A stretch of 64,000 nucleotides of DNA from an uncultured Gammaproteobacteria bacterium (GCA_964633995.1 CAZWKN010000001.1:134527-198526); one strand, 5' to 3'. Counted from the first letter of the stretch, positions 44,140 to 53,065 are shown. A program made the numbers and translations. The notes: generated from the sequence alone by a model not told the origin.

Positions 44140-44490
44140 CTACTTGTGAGATTTAAAGCCGGCGATTTTTGTTATTTCTGCAAATACCTTGGGTTGGTTG
44201 GTGGCTAGTTCGGATAATATTTTCCTGTCCAGGCTAATATGTGATTTTTTGAGTCCTGAGATAAAAGTAGAATAAGTTAAATCCATAGATCTAAGAGCTG
44301 CGTTGATGCGGACTATCCAGGTGGATCTTAAGTCACGTTTTCTAAGTGCTCTGCCGCCAAAAGCGTATTGGCCAGCATGGGCTAGGGTTTCTTTGGCTAC
44401 TTTGTAGAGCCGGTTTTTGGTCATCCTAAACCCTTTGGCTCGCCTTAGGAGTTTTTTATGTCTTTGTAATCTGGGTGATTTGACTCTCAT
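44140..44490 (-). CDS. rplT: 50S ribosomal protein L20
   Basis: MRVK, AKGF, W..RINAA, LDRKILSELA. Confidence 0.97.
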   Translation of the reverse strand: MRVKSPRLQRHKKLLRRAKGFRMTKNRLYKVAKETLAHAGQYAFGGRALRKRDLRSTWIVRINAALRSMDLTYSTFISGLKKSHISLDRKILSELATNQPKVFAEITKIAGFKSHK

Positions 44491-44498
44491 AATGTTTG

Positions 44499-44699
44499 TT
44501 AGGCTAGGCCCATCAGGCGTTTAATTCTCCTGCCTACTCTTCCTGTAACAACTTTGGTTAGTTTGTATCCTCGTTTTTGTCTTTTACTCTTATTTCTTCT
44601 GATATGACGGCCGAAGGCAACACGTCGTAATACCTTGCCGGTAGCGCTTATTTTAAAACGCTTGGTGCTGGATTTTTTTGACTTTTGTTTGACTTTCAT
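44499..44699 (-). CDS. rpmI: 50S ribosomal protein L35
   Basis: K.K.KKS..KRFKISATGK; between infC and rplT. Confidence 0.93.
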   Translation of the reverse strand: MKVKQKSKKSSTKRFKISATGKVLRRVAFGRHIRRNKSKRQKRGYKLTKVVTGRVGRRIKRLMGLA

Positions 44700-44700
44700 A

Positions 44701-45219
44701 TTATTTTTTCTTGATAGGTGTAACTGTGGCAATAAATTGCCTGCCTAGCCATTTGGCGGGTTGGTCTACGGTAGCTATTTCTGCAAGTTGGGAGAAGGCC
44801 TTTTGCATGATGGTGTCCCCAAATTCTCTATGGCCAAGTTGTCTTCCGACAAACTTGACACAAATACGTAATTTGTGGCCATCAGACAAAAAATCTTTAC
44901 CTCGGTTAATCTTAACTTGAAAATCGTTTTCAGCCATAAATGGCGTTAAGCGAATTTCTTTGAGATCAACTTTTTTGGCTGCAGATTTGGCTGCCTGTTC
45001 TTTTTTGGCAAGCTGATATTTCAGTTTTTTGAAATTGATCAGTTTGACTACTGGTGGAATTGCCTGTGGGGCAATTTCTACAGCGTCGGTACCTGCTAAT
45101 TGGCTTTGGGAAAGTGCTTCTTCCTTGGTAACTATGCCGATTTGGGTGCCATCTTCACGTAGCAAACGAACCTGTTTGGCTTGAATTTGGTGGTTGATTC
45201 GGAATGTCGGTGTAGTCAC
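44701..45219 (-). CDS. infC: Translation initiation factor IF-3
   Basis: RIN..I....VRL, PPVVKL, KEIRL, KF.GR. Confidence 0.95.
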   Translation of the reverse strand: MTTPTFRINHQIQAKQVRLLREDGTQIGIVTKEEALSQSQLAGTDAVEIAPQAIPPVVKLINFKKLKYQLAKKEQAAKSAAKKVDLKEIRLTPFMAENDFQVKINRGKDFLSDGHKLRICVKFVGRQLGHREFGDTIMQKAFSQLAEIATVDQPAKWLGRQFIATVTPIKKK

Positions 45220-46466
45220 TAGGCGAAGGAAATTATATCATGGCTGACGGCAGATGTGAACTCGGACAGTTTTAGGGTGGTCGATTCCTTTGAACCCCTT
45301 TTACGAGCCGAGACGGATTCTGATTCAACTTCACGGTCCCCTACTACAAGTATGTATGGGACTTTTTGGAGCTGGGCATCTCTGATACGGGCGTTTAGGG
45401 GCTCATTTTTATCATTTAGTTCAATCCTAATTCCAGCTGCTTTTAACGATGCACCAACCTTATTGGCGTAGTCGGTTTGTTTGTCTGAAATAGGCAAAAT
45501 GACAACCTGAACAGGTGCCAGCCAAACCGGAAATGCCCCGGCGTATTTTTCGATAAGAAAGGCGATCACGCGTTCGATTGCCCCGATTGAGCTTCTATGA
45601 ATAACAATTGCTTGTTCCGAAAGCCCTTGTTCGTTTGTGTAATTTAGACCAAATCGTTGTGGCATGACAAAATCGTATTGCACTGTAAAAGCCGTATCCT
45701 CTTTGCCATTGATGTTTTTCATTTGAATATCGATTTTTGGCCCGTAAAAAGCTGCCTCGTTGGATGCTTCTACAAAGTTTGAATTGCGTTCGATAAGGAC
45801 TTGCCTGAGAACGTTTTCGGCAAAATCCCAGGAAGCATCGTCTTTATAATATTTCTTTGAATCTGATCGGTCTCCCAAGGAGAGCCTGTATGTGTAATCA
45901 TTTCCGGCTTGTAGACCTAGGACCGAAGCCAGTCGTTCTATGAGATCCAAGACAGAGTTAATTTCGTGTTTGGCTTGATCTTTTCTGGCAATGATGTGGG
46001 CATCGGCTAAACAAAACGAGCGGACTCTCTGTAAACCCATAAGCTCTCCGGATTTTTCGAACCGGTAAAGTTTGGCGAGTTCAGCGAGGCGTACGGGTAA
46101 TTCTTTGTAGCTGTGGGGTTTGGAAAGATATAGTTCAAAGTGGTGAGGACAGGTCATGGGGCGGAGCATGAATTCTTCGTCTTCGATCTGGATGGGAGCA
46201 TACATGGAATCCTTGTAATAAGGATAATGCCCTGATTTTTTATAAAGATCTAGTTTGGCAATGTCTGGGGTGTAGACATGTAAATAACCATCTTTTAATT
46301 CCTCGTCCACGACCCAACGCTCTAGCTCCCTGCGGATTACTGATCCCTTGGGTGTCCACAAAGGTAAGCCCTTGCCGACTGTGTCGGAAAAAGTGAAAAG
46401 ATCTAATTCACGACCAAGTTTTTTGTGGTCGTTTTCCTTTAGTATGGATTGGTCTTGATTTGTCAT
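45219..46466 (-). CDS. thrS: Threonyl-tRNA synthetase lacking N-terminal TGS/editing domains
   Basis: Begins at DHKKLGRELDLF; RPMTCPHH, AAFYGPK, HRS..G..ER. Confidence 0.96.
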   Translation of the reverse strand: MTNQDQSILKENDHKKLGRELDLFTFSDTVGKGLPLWTPKGSVIRRELERWVVDEELKDGYLHVYTPDIAKLDLYKKSGHYPYYKDSMYAPIQIEDEEFMLRPMTCPHHFELYLSKPHSYKELPVRLAELAKLYRFEKSGELMGLQRVRSFCLADAHIIARKDQAKHEINSVLDLIERLASVLGLQAGNDYTYRLSLGDRSDSKKYYKDDASWDFAENVLRQVLIERNSNFVEASNEAAFYGPKIDIQMKNINGKEDTAFTVQYDFVMPQRFGLNYTNEQGLSEQAIVIHRSSIGAIERVIAFLIEKYAGAFPVWLAPVQVVILPISDKQTDYANKVGASLKAAGIRIELNDKNEPLNARIRDAQLQKVPYILVVGDREVESESVSARKRGSKESTTLKLSEFTSAVSHDIISFA

Positions 46467-46580
46467 GAATAAAAATGCCACTCAGTTCGTTACTCCCAGG
46501 GTTCCAAGTAACTACTTTGGTGGCTCAATATATGTTTCGGATTGCGCGAGTTGGTGAGGTTCGCACCGAATGAATTAATG

Positions 46581-47429
46581 TTAATTATCTGCTAGTGATT
46601 TGACGATGTCAATGTCTTTTTTTCTGGGGCCGGACTTGCCATCTCCGGGGACTTCCAAAATAATTGGACAATTGGGAACTTGGGATTGGCATTTGGACAG
46701 AAAACTTTTTAGATTGTCTGAACCGATTTTTCCTTCACCGATGTTTTCGTGGCGATCTAAGTGGGAAGCAAATTCTGTTTTGGAATCGTTGAAGTGAATA
46801 GCGGATAATCGCTTGAGACCTATACTTTTATCAAATTTCAAAAGGACTGATTCCAAGCTTATGCCACTGGCAAAACAGTGCTGGGTATCCAGACAAACGC
46901 CGATTTTTGATTTGTCCCCCACTCTACTAATTATTTCACCCAATTCGTCAAAAGTAGAACCTATGGTACCTGCATGTCCTGCCGCGTTTTCTAAAATTAG
47001 ACGGACGCCTTTGGGAGAACTGTCCAAAACATAATTTATAGAAGCCACGATTTGGTTGATAGTTTTATCTAGGCCTACGCCTTTGTGGCTGCCTACATGA
47101 AAGATGGTGCCTACGGCCCCTATTTCTCCGGCCAGTTGTTGATAAAAAATCAGTGAATCGATGCTGAGTTTTAACAACTGGTCGTTATCTGAAGCTAAAT
47201 TTACTAGGTAGACTCCATGGAAAAAATGCGGACCAATTGCGTGTTGGGTTTTTTTGTCTAAATACTTTTTTATAATTTGAGGGGAAACCGGGTTGGTGGT
47301 TAATGATCTTGGGGAAGATGCAAATGTCATTAAACAATTTCCGCCCAATTCAACTATTCGGTCAATCGATTTGTCCAGTCCTCCGGCTATTGATACATGC
47401 CCGCCAATAAACATAAGAAGTGATTCCAT
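46581..47429 (-). CDS. nfo: Endonuclease IV
   Basis: GGHVSIAGG, HGVYLVNL, LENAAG, CLDTQH, H.NDSK, DRHENIG. Confidence 0.95.
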   Translation of the reverse strand: MESLLMFIGGHVSIAGGLDKSIDRIVELGGNCLMTFASSPRSLTTNPVSPQIIKKYLDKKTQHAIGPHFFHGVYLVNLASDNDQLLKLSIDSLIFYQQLAGEIGAVGTIFHVGSHKGVGLDKTINQIVASINYVLDSSPKGVRLILENAAGHAGTIGSTFDELGEIISRVGDKSKIGVCLDTQHCFASGISLESVLLKFDKSIGLKRLSAIHFNDSKTEFASHLDRHENIGEGKIGSDNLKSFLSKCQSQVPNCPIILEVPGDGKSGPRKKDIDIVKSLADN

Positions 47430-47467
47430 TATATACCTATTTTAAGGTATTTTGTGGAGAGAATGGG

Positions 47468-47541
47468 TGGACCCGACAGGGCTCGAACCTGTGACCTCGG
47501 CAATGTCAATGCCGCGCTCTAGCCAACTGAGCTACGAGTCC
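47468..47541 (-). tRNA. tRNA-Val(GAC)
   Basis: Cloverleaf; CGGCA-TT-GAC-AT-TGCCG; GGTTCGAGCCC. Confidence 0.95.
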
Positions 47542-47574
47542 GCTGGGGATATTATATCAGTTTAGATTTTGAAT

Positions 47575-48303
47575 TTATCTAAATTTATTTGTAACTTCTT
47601 CCAAGCTAGATAAGCCTAGAGGTCTACGCGTAGCAAATGCCTCTCCGTATTTTGCTCCTGAAATGTATCCCAACCATCTGGATCTTGCCACCCACGCTTC
47701 CATGAAATCAGGATCGAGCAACTCTTTTGTGTAATTGCCATCACTGTCTTTTTTGAATAATTGTGATTTATGGCAATACAATGCTTTCATCTTTGTAACC
47801 TGTGTGCTTGAAATATCAAAGATGAATGACGGCTCAAACTCATAGTGAATCATGTAATAGAGTACTAGACTTATTTTGTGGGGTAGAATGTGAGGAATGA
47901 TTTTGTGGTATTTTGCTGATTGTATCGCCCTTTCTATTAATATTGATGCATCTCGGTGGGCGCGATGACGATCGTGCCAGTGTGGGACAATGACTGTGTT
48001 CGGCCTATATTTTCTGATTATTTCTATAATTCGATCTTCATTATTAGCCGTAGGGACAAGCTCTCTGTCTGGCATATTTAGATTTTCTCTAACTATTACG
48101 CCCATAATTTTGGCCGATTCTTGTGCTTCAGATAGTCGGGTATTGCCAGCTGCGGTTTCGGAATTATCGCCCTGAGTCAGGTCAATAATACCTATCTTTT
48201 TCCCCTGTTTGGAAAGAGCCGAGATGGTACCACCTGCACACGCTTCTACGTCGTCGGGATGGGCTCCGAAAGCAAGAATGTCTAATTGATCAACAGTATT
48301 CAT
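47575..48303 (-). CDS. PIG-L/BshB1-like N-deacetylase
   Basis: LAFGAHPDDVE, DLT.G, R..EA, RH.AH, HKSQ, YGEAF. Confidence 0.9.
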   Translation of the reverse strand: MNTVDQLDILAFGAHPDDVEACAGGTISALSKQGKKIGIIDLTQGDNSETAAGNTRLSEAQESAKIMGVIVRENLNMPDRELVPTANNEDRIIEIIRKYRPNTVIVPHWHDRHRAHRDASILIERAIQSAKYHKIIPHILPHKISLVLYYMIHYEFEPSFIFDISSTQVTKMKALYCHKSQLFKKDSDGNYTKELLDPDFMEAWVARSRWLGYISGAKYGEAFATRRPLGLSSLEEVTNKFR

Positions 48304-49238
48304 AAAAGTGATTTTAACATTAATGATTTTGGACCCTCAGTTCCCAGATCTTTGACATAATTGATGAGCTCGTGAGCTGGATGGATTGGAAAGTCGGATG
48401 ATCGACGATGAATGTGGAGATAACTGTAGACGGAAGCCGTTTTTACGGCTATTTCTTTGTTGTTTGTGATAAGGTATGTTGACAGATATGCAGCCCCGAA
48501 CGCTTCTCCGGCTCCATTTGTGTCAAGTGGATGGTCAACTCTTCTAAAAACCGGAAAGTGCTTATTTTCAGAATTTGTAACTAGGTCACTGCCGTTTTTT
48601 CCATTGGTTATGGTCATGCTTTCGACTCCGTATTTTAGGGGAGAACCGATTTGCGAGAAAAGGAGTGAATATTCTTCTCGTGATAACGTTATGTGGTTTA
48701 TATATTTTAGCTCGTTGATTAATTCTGCCGATTGTAAACAGTTCTGTTTATGTGGAGCCCACATTATATATGGTTTATTTTTGGCTGTTTGTGAAATGGT
48801 TTTCATAATTTTGGCTAAGGTCCTGTTTGGAAATGACGTAAGCACTAGGGCGCGGGATGAAAAAACACAAGATAGATCTTTTTTGTTTGGAGTCCAGGTA
48901 TTTGACAAGTTACGGATCGACGCGACACTTTTATGATTTTCGCCATCAATGGTTATATAGGCGTGATCCGTAGTAGAGTTTTTAACATGCCAGGATGGAG
49001 TTATGGTTGATCCCCGTATGTGATTTCTGATTTTGGAACTAAACTCGTCGTTGCCGATACAAGTTTGAAGTCTGACAGAATAGCCAAGGCGTGACAATGC
49101 AATGGCATAGCACAGGCCGGTCCCACCTGGATCGTAATATTCTTCAGTTACTTCTGTCGATCCATCAAGAGAAAGTTTGCCACGTACCCTGATCGTGTGG
49201 TCAATATATGTTGGTCCGATGACTGTAATTTTTTTCAT
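48300..49238 (-). CDS. PfkB-family carbohydrate/nucleoside kinase
   Basis: PGGTG...AIALSRLG, IT.GKNG, DTNGAGEAF. Confidence 0.88.
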   Translation of the reverse strand: MKKITVIGPTYIDHTIRVRGKLSLDGSTEVTEEYYDPGGTGLCYAIALSRLGYSVRLQTCIGNDEFSSKIRNHIRGSTITPSWHVKNSTTDHAYITIDGENHKSVASIRNLSNTWTPNKKDLSCVFSSRALVLTSFPNRTLAKIMKTISQTAKNKPYIMWAPHKQNCLQSAELINELKYINHITLSREEYSLLFSQIGSPLKYGVESMTITNGKNGSDLVTNSENKHFPVFRRVDHPLDTNGAGEAFGAAYLSTYLITNNKEIAVKTASVYSYLHIHRRSSDFPIHPAHELINYVKDLGTEGPKSLMLKSLL

Positions 49239-50560
49239 ATGGCTATAACTTTTTCAAATTTTCCACATGGTGGAGGACAGATAACTGTTGTTGTTGTGGT
49301 TAAGTTTTGAGAAACAGTTTCGGTTATGACATGATTGAGCGCCGATACTCCAATTGACAAAACTAGGTCGATGGTTGATACGCCGTTTTCCTTTACTAAT
49401 TTAGTGGCCCTTTCCACATTTGGACCCTTTTTAGAAGCGGCGTCACTGGAGTAGTCAAAAATTGGTTTTTTTTCGCCACTTGGTATGGTTCTGTCCATAT
49501 GAATTAGGGGAAAATAAGGCAATCCCATAGCCCGTGTGACATCAATTACTGTTTTTTCATACACTGAACCTCCTCCGGTAATGTGACCGTCAAAAAGTCC
49601 CAAAGTTGAATAGGCGATAACTCTGGGTATGGCTCTCCAGGTGATGGGAACTTGTGTTTCAATAATTTGTTGGGGAGAAGTAGATGTTTGATATCCACAT
49701 TCCATGCAGCGGCAGGAGACAGCGGACTCCATATTGGGATTGGTAGGTTTGGAGAAAGATGACTCCATTCTTCCCATGCAATACGGATCAGTATGGTACA
49801 TTTGAAATGGGGTTGCGTCTGGTTGCGGAACCGATACGCCGGGGTGTTGGTGAGCTTGGGCTTGTTGAATAATTTCCGGCCACAAATAAAGCAGTAATTG
49901 CATGCCACCATGTGTTGCTATTAGGGTGTCGAAATCCTGTTCATAGACCGTTTCTGGAATATCTAAGCCGATTTGTCTTTCAAGGCTTCTTAGTATGAGC
50001 GAGTTGCCTTCGGCGTAATTTGGAGCACTACCGTGGTAATGTAGTAACATCTGTTCTAGGTGGTGGGTTTTTGACGGCCTGTATCCGGCTTCTAGGGGTT
50101 TTACAAATGTCGATATTTGTTCGGGTGTTGGGCATGGAAAACCAGCAGTCGCAGAATTTTTTCTTTTTTTCCACCCAGGAAGCGTGTTTATGGAGCTTAC
50201 CCCTTCAGGGTTACTAGGGTCAGGTATTTGATAGCGATATATGGCCGGTTCTGATCCAACTACGTCGTACGCAGCAAATAACTCGATTGGTTTTATCCCC
50301 AATCTTTGTAGGGCCTTTGCAATTAATCTTTTTCCCAAGACTTTTGGTCTCTCGTTTAAACCATAGGTTTGTTCCCCAAAAACAACCACGAGGTCGTCTG
50401 GAGTTGCGTGTAAGGTGGCGCGGAGTTGAAGTTGAGATTGACGGATTACATCCGCTAATTCCGTGGGAAATTTCTCATCAACTGAACGTGCCCAAGCTTG
50501 TTTGTGCTGATTGAGCTGGTCTGCGTATTCGTATATTGATGTTGGTTGTATTTCTGACAT
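49235..50560 (-). CDS. Uncharacterised protein with BshC-like ligase motifs and a probable Zn ribbon
   Basis: VVVFGEQ..K..AKAL..PIELFAAYD and HITGGGSVY resemble BshC VVTGQQ/PVFW..ED and YxGGPGExxY; H...C / C..C; compared by eye only. Confidence 0.5.
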   Translation of the reverse strand: MSEIQPTSIYEYADQLNQHKQAWARSVDEKFPTELADVIRQSQLQLRATLHATPDDLVVVFGEQTYGLNERPKVLGKRLIAKALQRLGIKPIELFAAYDVVGSEPAIYRYQIPDPSNPEGVSSINTLPGWKKRKNSATAGFPCPTPEQISTFVKPLEAGYRPSKTHHLEQMLLHYHGSAPNYAEGNSLILRSLERQIGLDIPETVYEQDFDTLIATHGGMQLLLYLWPEIIQQAQAHQHPGVSVPQPDATPFQMYHTDPYCMGRMESSFSKPTNPNMESAVSCRCMECGYQTSTSPQQIIETQVPITWRAIPRVIAYSTLGLFDGHITGGGSVYEKTVIDVTRAMGLPYFPLIHMDRTIPSGEKKPIFDYSSDAASKKGPNVERATKLVKENGVSTIDLVLSIGVSALNHVITETVSQNLTTTTTVICPPPCGKFEKVIAI

Positions 50561-50587
50561 AAAAAAACCTCCTATTTTGTAGGAGGT
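50561..50587 (-). terminator. Attenuator terminator hairpin, also sequestering the SD of the 441-aa gene
   Basis: ACCTCCTA-CAAAA-TAGGAGGT followed by a T run, then ATG. Confidence 0.85.
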
Positions 50588-50610
50588 GCTTGTGGGTATA
50601 TTTAATTAAT

Positions 50611-50688
50611 TTAGGCTGTTTTTGTTCCCACAAGCCCTCCCCTCATAAAGAGGATGAAGAGGCTAATGAGAATAAACAATTGCGACAT
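50611..50688 (-). CDS. Leader peptide MSQLFILISLFILFMRGGLVGTKTA
   Basis: 25 codons; Leu/Ile/Phe cluster; overlaps the antiterminator arm. Confidence 0.75.
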   Translation of the reverse strand: MSQLFILISLFILFMRGGLVGTKTA

Positions 50689-50689
50689 A

Positions 50690-51316
50690 TTATCCAGTAG
50701 ATGTTACCATATAACGTTCGGATGACAAGAGGAAGGAGGTGCCGGATTTTTTGACACTGCCCCAGAAATAGCTCTGTTTTTTGGCCCGGGAATTTGAGGT
50801 GGCTAGCCAGTTTTTGGAACTTTCCACCTTGTGTCTTAAGGCCGCTATTACTGATCTTAGGTGGGCAAAGAAGTTTTTGTGATAGACGCCTGGGTTGACT
50901 GTGGCTTGCATGGTGGCCACTTGAACTTCGGATGATAGTTCGCCGGCTGATTTGACTAGTTGTTTGAGCTCGGCTTGGAGAGCTTTTAATTGTTCTTTGT
51001 TGGCTGATTCTTGGCGCAATAGTCTGCTTCGTTCCTCCGCCCGCATTTGCTGGAGTTCCCTGTCAAATTTATTTTCGGCTTTTTGCTGGCCGCTTTGTTC
51101 CGCTTTGCGCAGATCGTCCATGGAGAATGATTCGTTGGGGGAGAGTGTGCCGGAAGATGATCCCAGGCCAAATGATTGGGGGATATCACTAGCAACGATT
51201 TTGGTAATTTGGGTTTTGGCTTCGGAGATGGTTTCCCGACTGAGCTCGCGAAAAGCCTCCAGGAAGTTGGCTGGATTGGTTTTTCTTGACGCTGATTTTG
51301 AGCTAGATTGGGCCAT
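50690..51316 (-). CDS. Conserved hypothetical protein (DUF5660-like)
   Basis: PGVYH..FF, S..WL, YFW...KKSGTSF.LS.ER. Confidence 0.65.
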   Translation of the reverse strand: MAQSSSKSASRKTNPANFLEAFRELSRETISEAKTQITKIVASDIPQSFGLGSSSGTLSPNESFSMDDLRKAEQSGQQKAENKFDRELQQMRAEERSRLLRQESANKEQLKALQAELKQLVKSAGELSSEVQVATMQATVNPGVYHKNFFAHLRSVIAALRHKVESSKNWLATSNSRAKKQSYFWGSVKKSGTSFLLSSERYMVTSTG

Positions 51317-51344
51317 ATACTATGGGATACAAAGATAAGCCCTA

Positions 51345-52040
51345 TTATACCAGATTTTGCAAGAAATCCAAGGTTTGTTTTCTGTCTTCGAGTTTTTGAT
51401 CGGTTTTTATCTGGTTTAGAATGAATTCGATTTCCAGGTCTACTCTGGCTTCCGCGGCTGTTTGGGCTTTGAGTGTTTCTGGAGTTAGCTTTTTGGTTTC
51501 AAGATATTTTTGGGTATCCATGCCCAGTTTGGAGATGTTTTCTACCAAAGCGGCCAGCCTGTGATTAGCTTCCTCTTCTACCAATAGATCCGGGATGGCA
51601 ATTTTGACCTGACTTCTTAAAAATTCGACTATGCCGGTAAGTTTTTCGTCCGGCTTTTCGGGTTTGAGTTTTTTGATTTCATCCTGCCAGTTGAGTGGTA
51701 GTGTGACAGTGGGGGTTTCACAAGTAGTAGCCGTAAATTCCCAGTCCTTGCCCTCTTCGCCGGAGACGAGTTTGAGCTGGGGGTATAGGATGGGTTTTAG
51801 ATTATGTTCTTTGATGGCCCGGGCGTAATAATCCGGTAAAACATGTTGAATACTATGGGTTAACAAATCGTTTCTGTCCAGTTTGGCAAGAACCAGGTCT
51901 TTGGGGGCCATGCCCTTACGAAATCCCGGAAGTTCGGCGTTTTTGACCGCCTCTTGGATTTCTTTATCTAGGGCTTTTTGAATGTCTGGCCAGGATAGTT
52001 TGAGAGTAATATCTATGGAACCGTTGGAATTTTGTTTCAT
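51345..52040 (-). CDS. tig: Trigger factor lacking the PPIase domain
   Basis: PGFRKGMAP signature joined directly to the C-terminal domain (IP..LVEEE). Confidence 0.85.
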   Translation of the reverse strand: MKQNSNGSIDITLKLSWPDIQKALDKEIQEAVKNAELPGFRKGMAPKDLVLAKLDRNDLLTHSIQHVLPDYYARAIKEHNLKPILYPQLKLVSGEEGKDWEFTATTCETPTVTLPLNWQDEIKKLKPEKPDEKLTGIVEFLRSQVKIAIPDLLVEEEANHRLAALVENISKLGMDTQKYLETKKLTPETLKAQTAAEARVDLEIEFILNQIKTDQKLEDRKQTLDFLQNLV

Positions 52041-52636
52041 TTGCTAAGAATTGAGGTGGATAAAATTTTGTCACCTGCGGCTAGGGTTTTTATAACGTCC
52101 ATGCCGGATACGACTTTGCCAAAATAGGTGTATTCCCCATCCAGGAAGGACGAAGCGTTTTTGACAATGAAAAATTGGGAATCATTGGACATGTCTTTGG
52201 GGAATGCTTTTCTGGCCACACCTACGCTGCCTTCCAAAAATGACTCGGAAGAAGTTTCGGTGGGGAGATTGGTAAGCCCGCCCGTGCCATCGCCTTTGGG
52301 GTCACAACCCTGGACTACCCAATCCTCAACCCGGTGAAAGGTTTTGGCATCACAGTAACCTGAGTTCCATTTGGAAAGAAAATTGACGACTGTTTTGGGG
52401 GCGACGTCCGGTCTTAGTTCTATGACAAACTTGCCTTTGGATGTGGAAATCTCGACTCGAGGTTTGCCTTTGATGGGTTCTGGGGCTGTAGTGGTCTGGG
52501 TTTGGGGCAGATCGGCATCCTGAACAACGTTGCCCGTGGGGAGAAGTTTACTCATCAAATTCTGGTTTTTGACAAAGGGAATGGCAATTAGGGCTGCCAA
52601 AATGATTGCGCCAACGATTAATCCTTGTTTGTTCAT
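52037..52636 (-). CDS. Membrane-anchored cyclophilin PPIase
   Basis: APKTV.NF, FHRV, QG.DP.GDGTGG, SQFFI, YT.FGKV. Confidence 0.93.
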   Translation of the reverse strand: MNKQGLIVGAIILAALIAIPFVKNQNLMSKLLPTGNVVQDADLPQTQTTTAPEPIKGKPRVEISTSKGKFVIELRPDVAPKTVVNFLSKWNSGYCDAKTFHRVEDWVVQGCDPKGDGTGGLTNLPTETSSESFLEGSVGVARKAFPKDMSNDSQFFIVKNASSFLDGEYTYFGKVVSGMDVIKTLAAGDKILSTSILSK

Positions 52637-52669
52637 ACGAGGGATATTACTACAAAATGTGTATAGGGG

Positions 52670-53065
52670 CTAGGGGCTAGGGGTTAGAGTGGGGCGGAAT
52701 TTGTAGCCATAAACAATCATTCCTTTATTTCCGTCTTCGCTTAATTTTCTGGTGACCATTTCGACTTGCGTGCCGATTTCTACCTTGCCATTATTTATGT
52801 CTGTAAGCATTGCGGTAACTAGTGGGCCTTCTTGAAGTCTAATGATGGCAACAGTGTAGGGGCCAAAAAAACCTTCGGGTGCCTCGTATACCGTGGTGTA
52901 AGAATAAACCTCGCCCTTGCCGGAAAACTGATATGGGGTTGAGGCTTCTTGATTACAGTTTGGGCAGATATCGCGCGGGGGAAAGATCTTGTGGCCGCTT
53001 GGGCAAATTTCCCCTTGTAGGCGATATCGCTGTGGTTGCAACCGCCAGTGACGAGAGATCTCCAT
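52670..53065 (-). CDS. Zn-ribbon/OB-fold protein (DUF35 family)
   Basis: C..G..FPPR..CP.C, G.VYSYT, G..V.M..RK, YGYKF. Confidence 0.88.
   Translation of the reverse strand: MEISRHWRLQPQRYRLQGEICPSGHKIFPPRDICPNCNQEASTPYQFSGKGEVYSYTTVYEAPEGFFGPYTVAIIRLQEGPLVTAMLTDINNGKVEIGTQVEMVTRKLSEDGNKGMIVYGYKFRPTLTPSP

Noticed and set aside
46467-46580. T-box riboswitch for thrS
   Set aside because: Too short, and no T-box consensus or specifier stem was found.
47575-50560. Standard bacillithiol operon with bsh gene symbols
   Set aside because: No BshA, an extra kinase, and only by-eye similarity to BshC.
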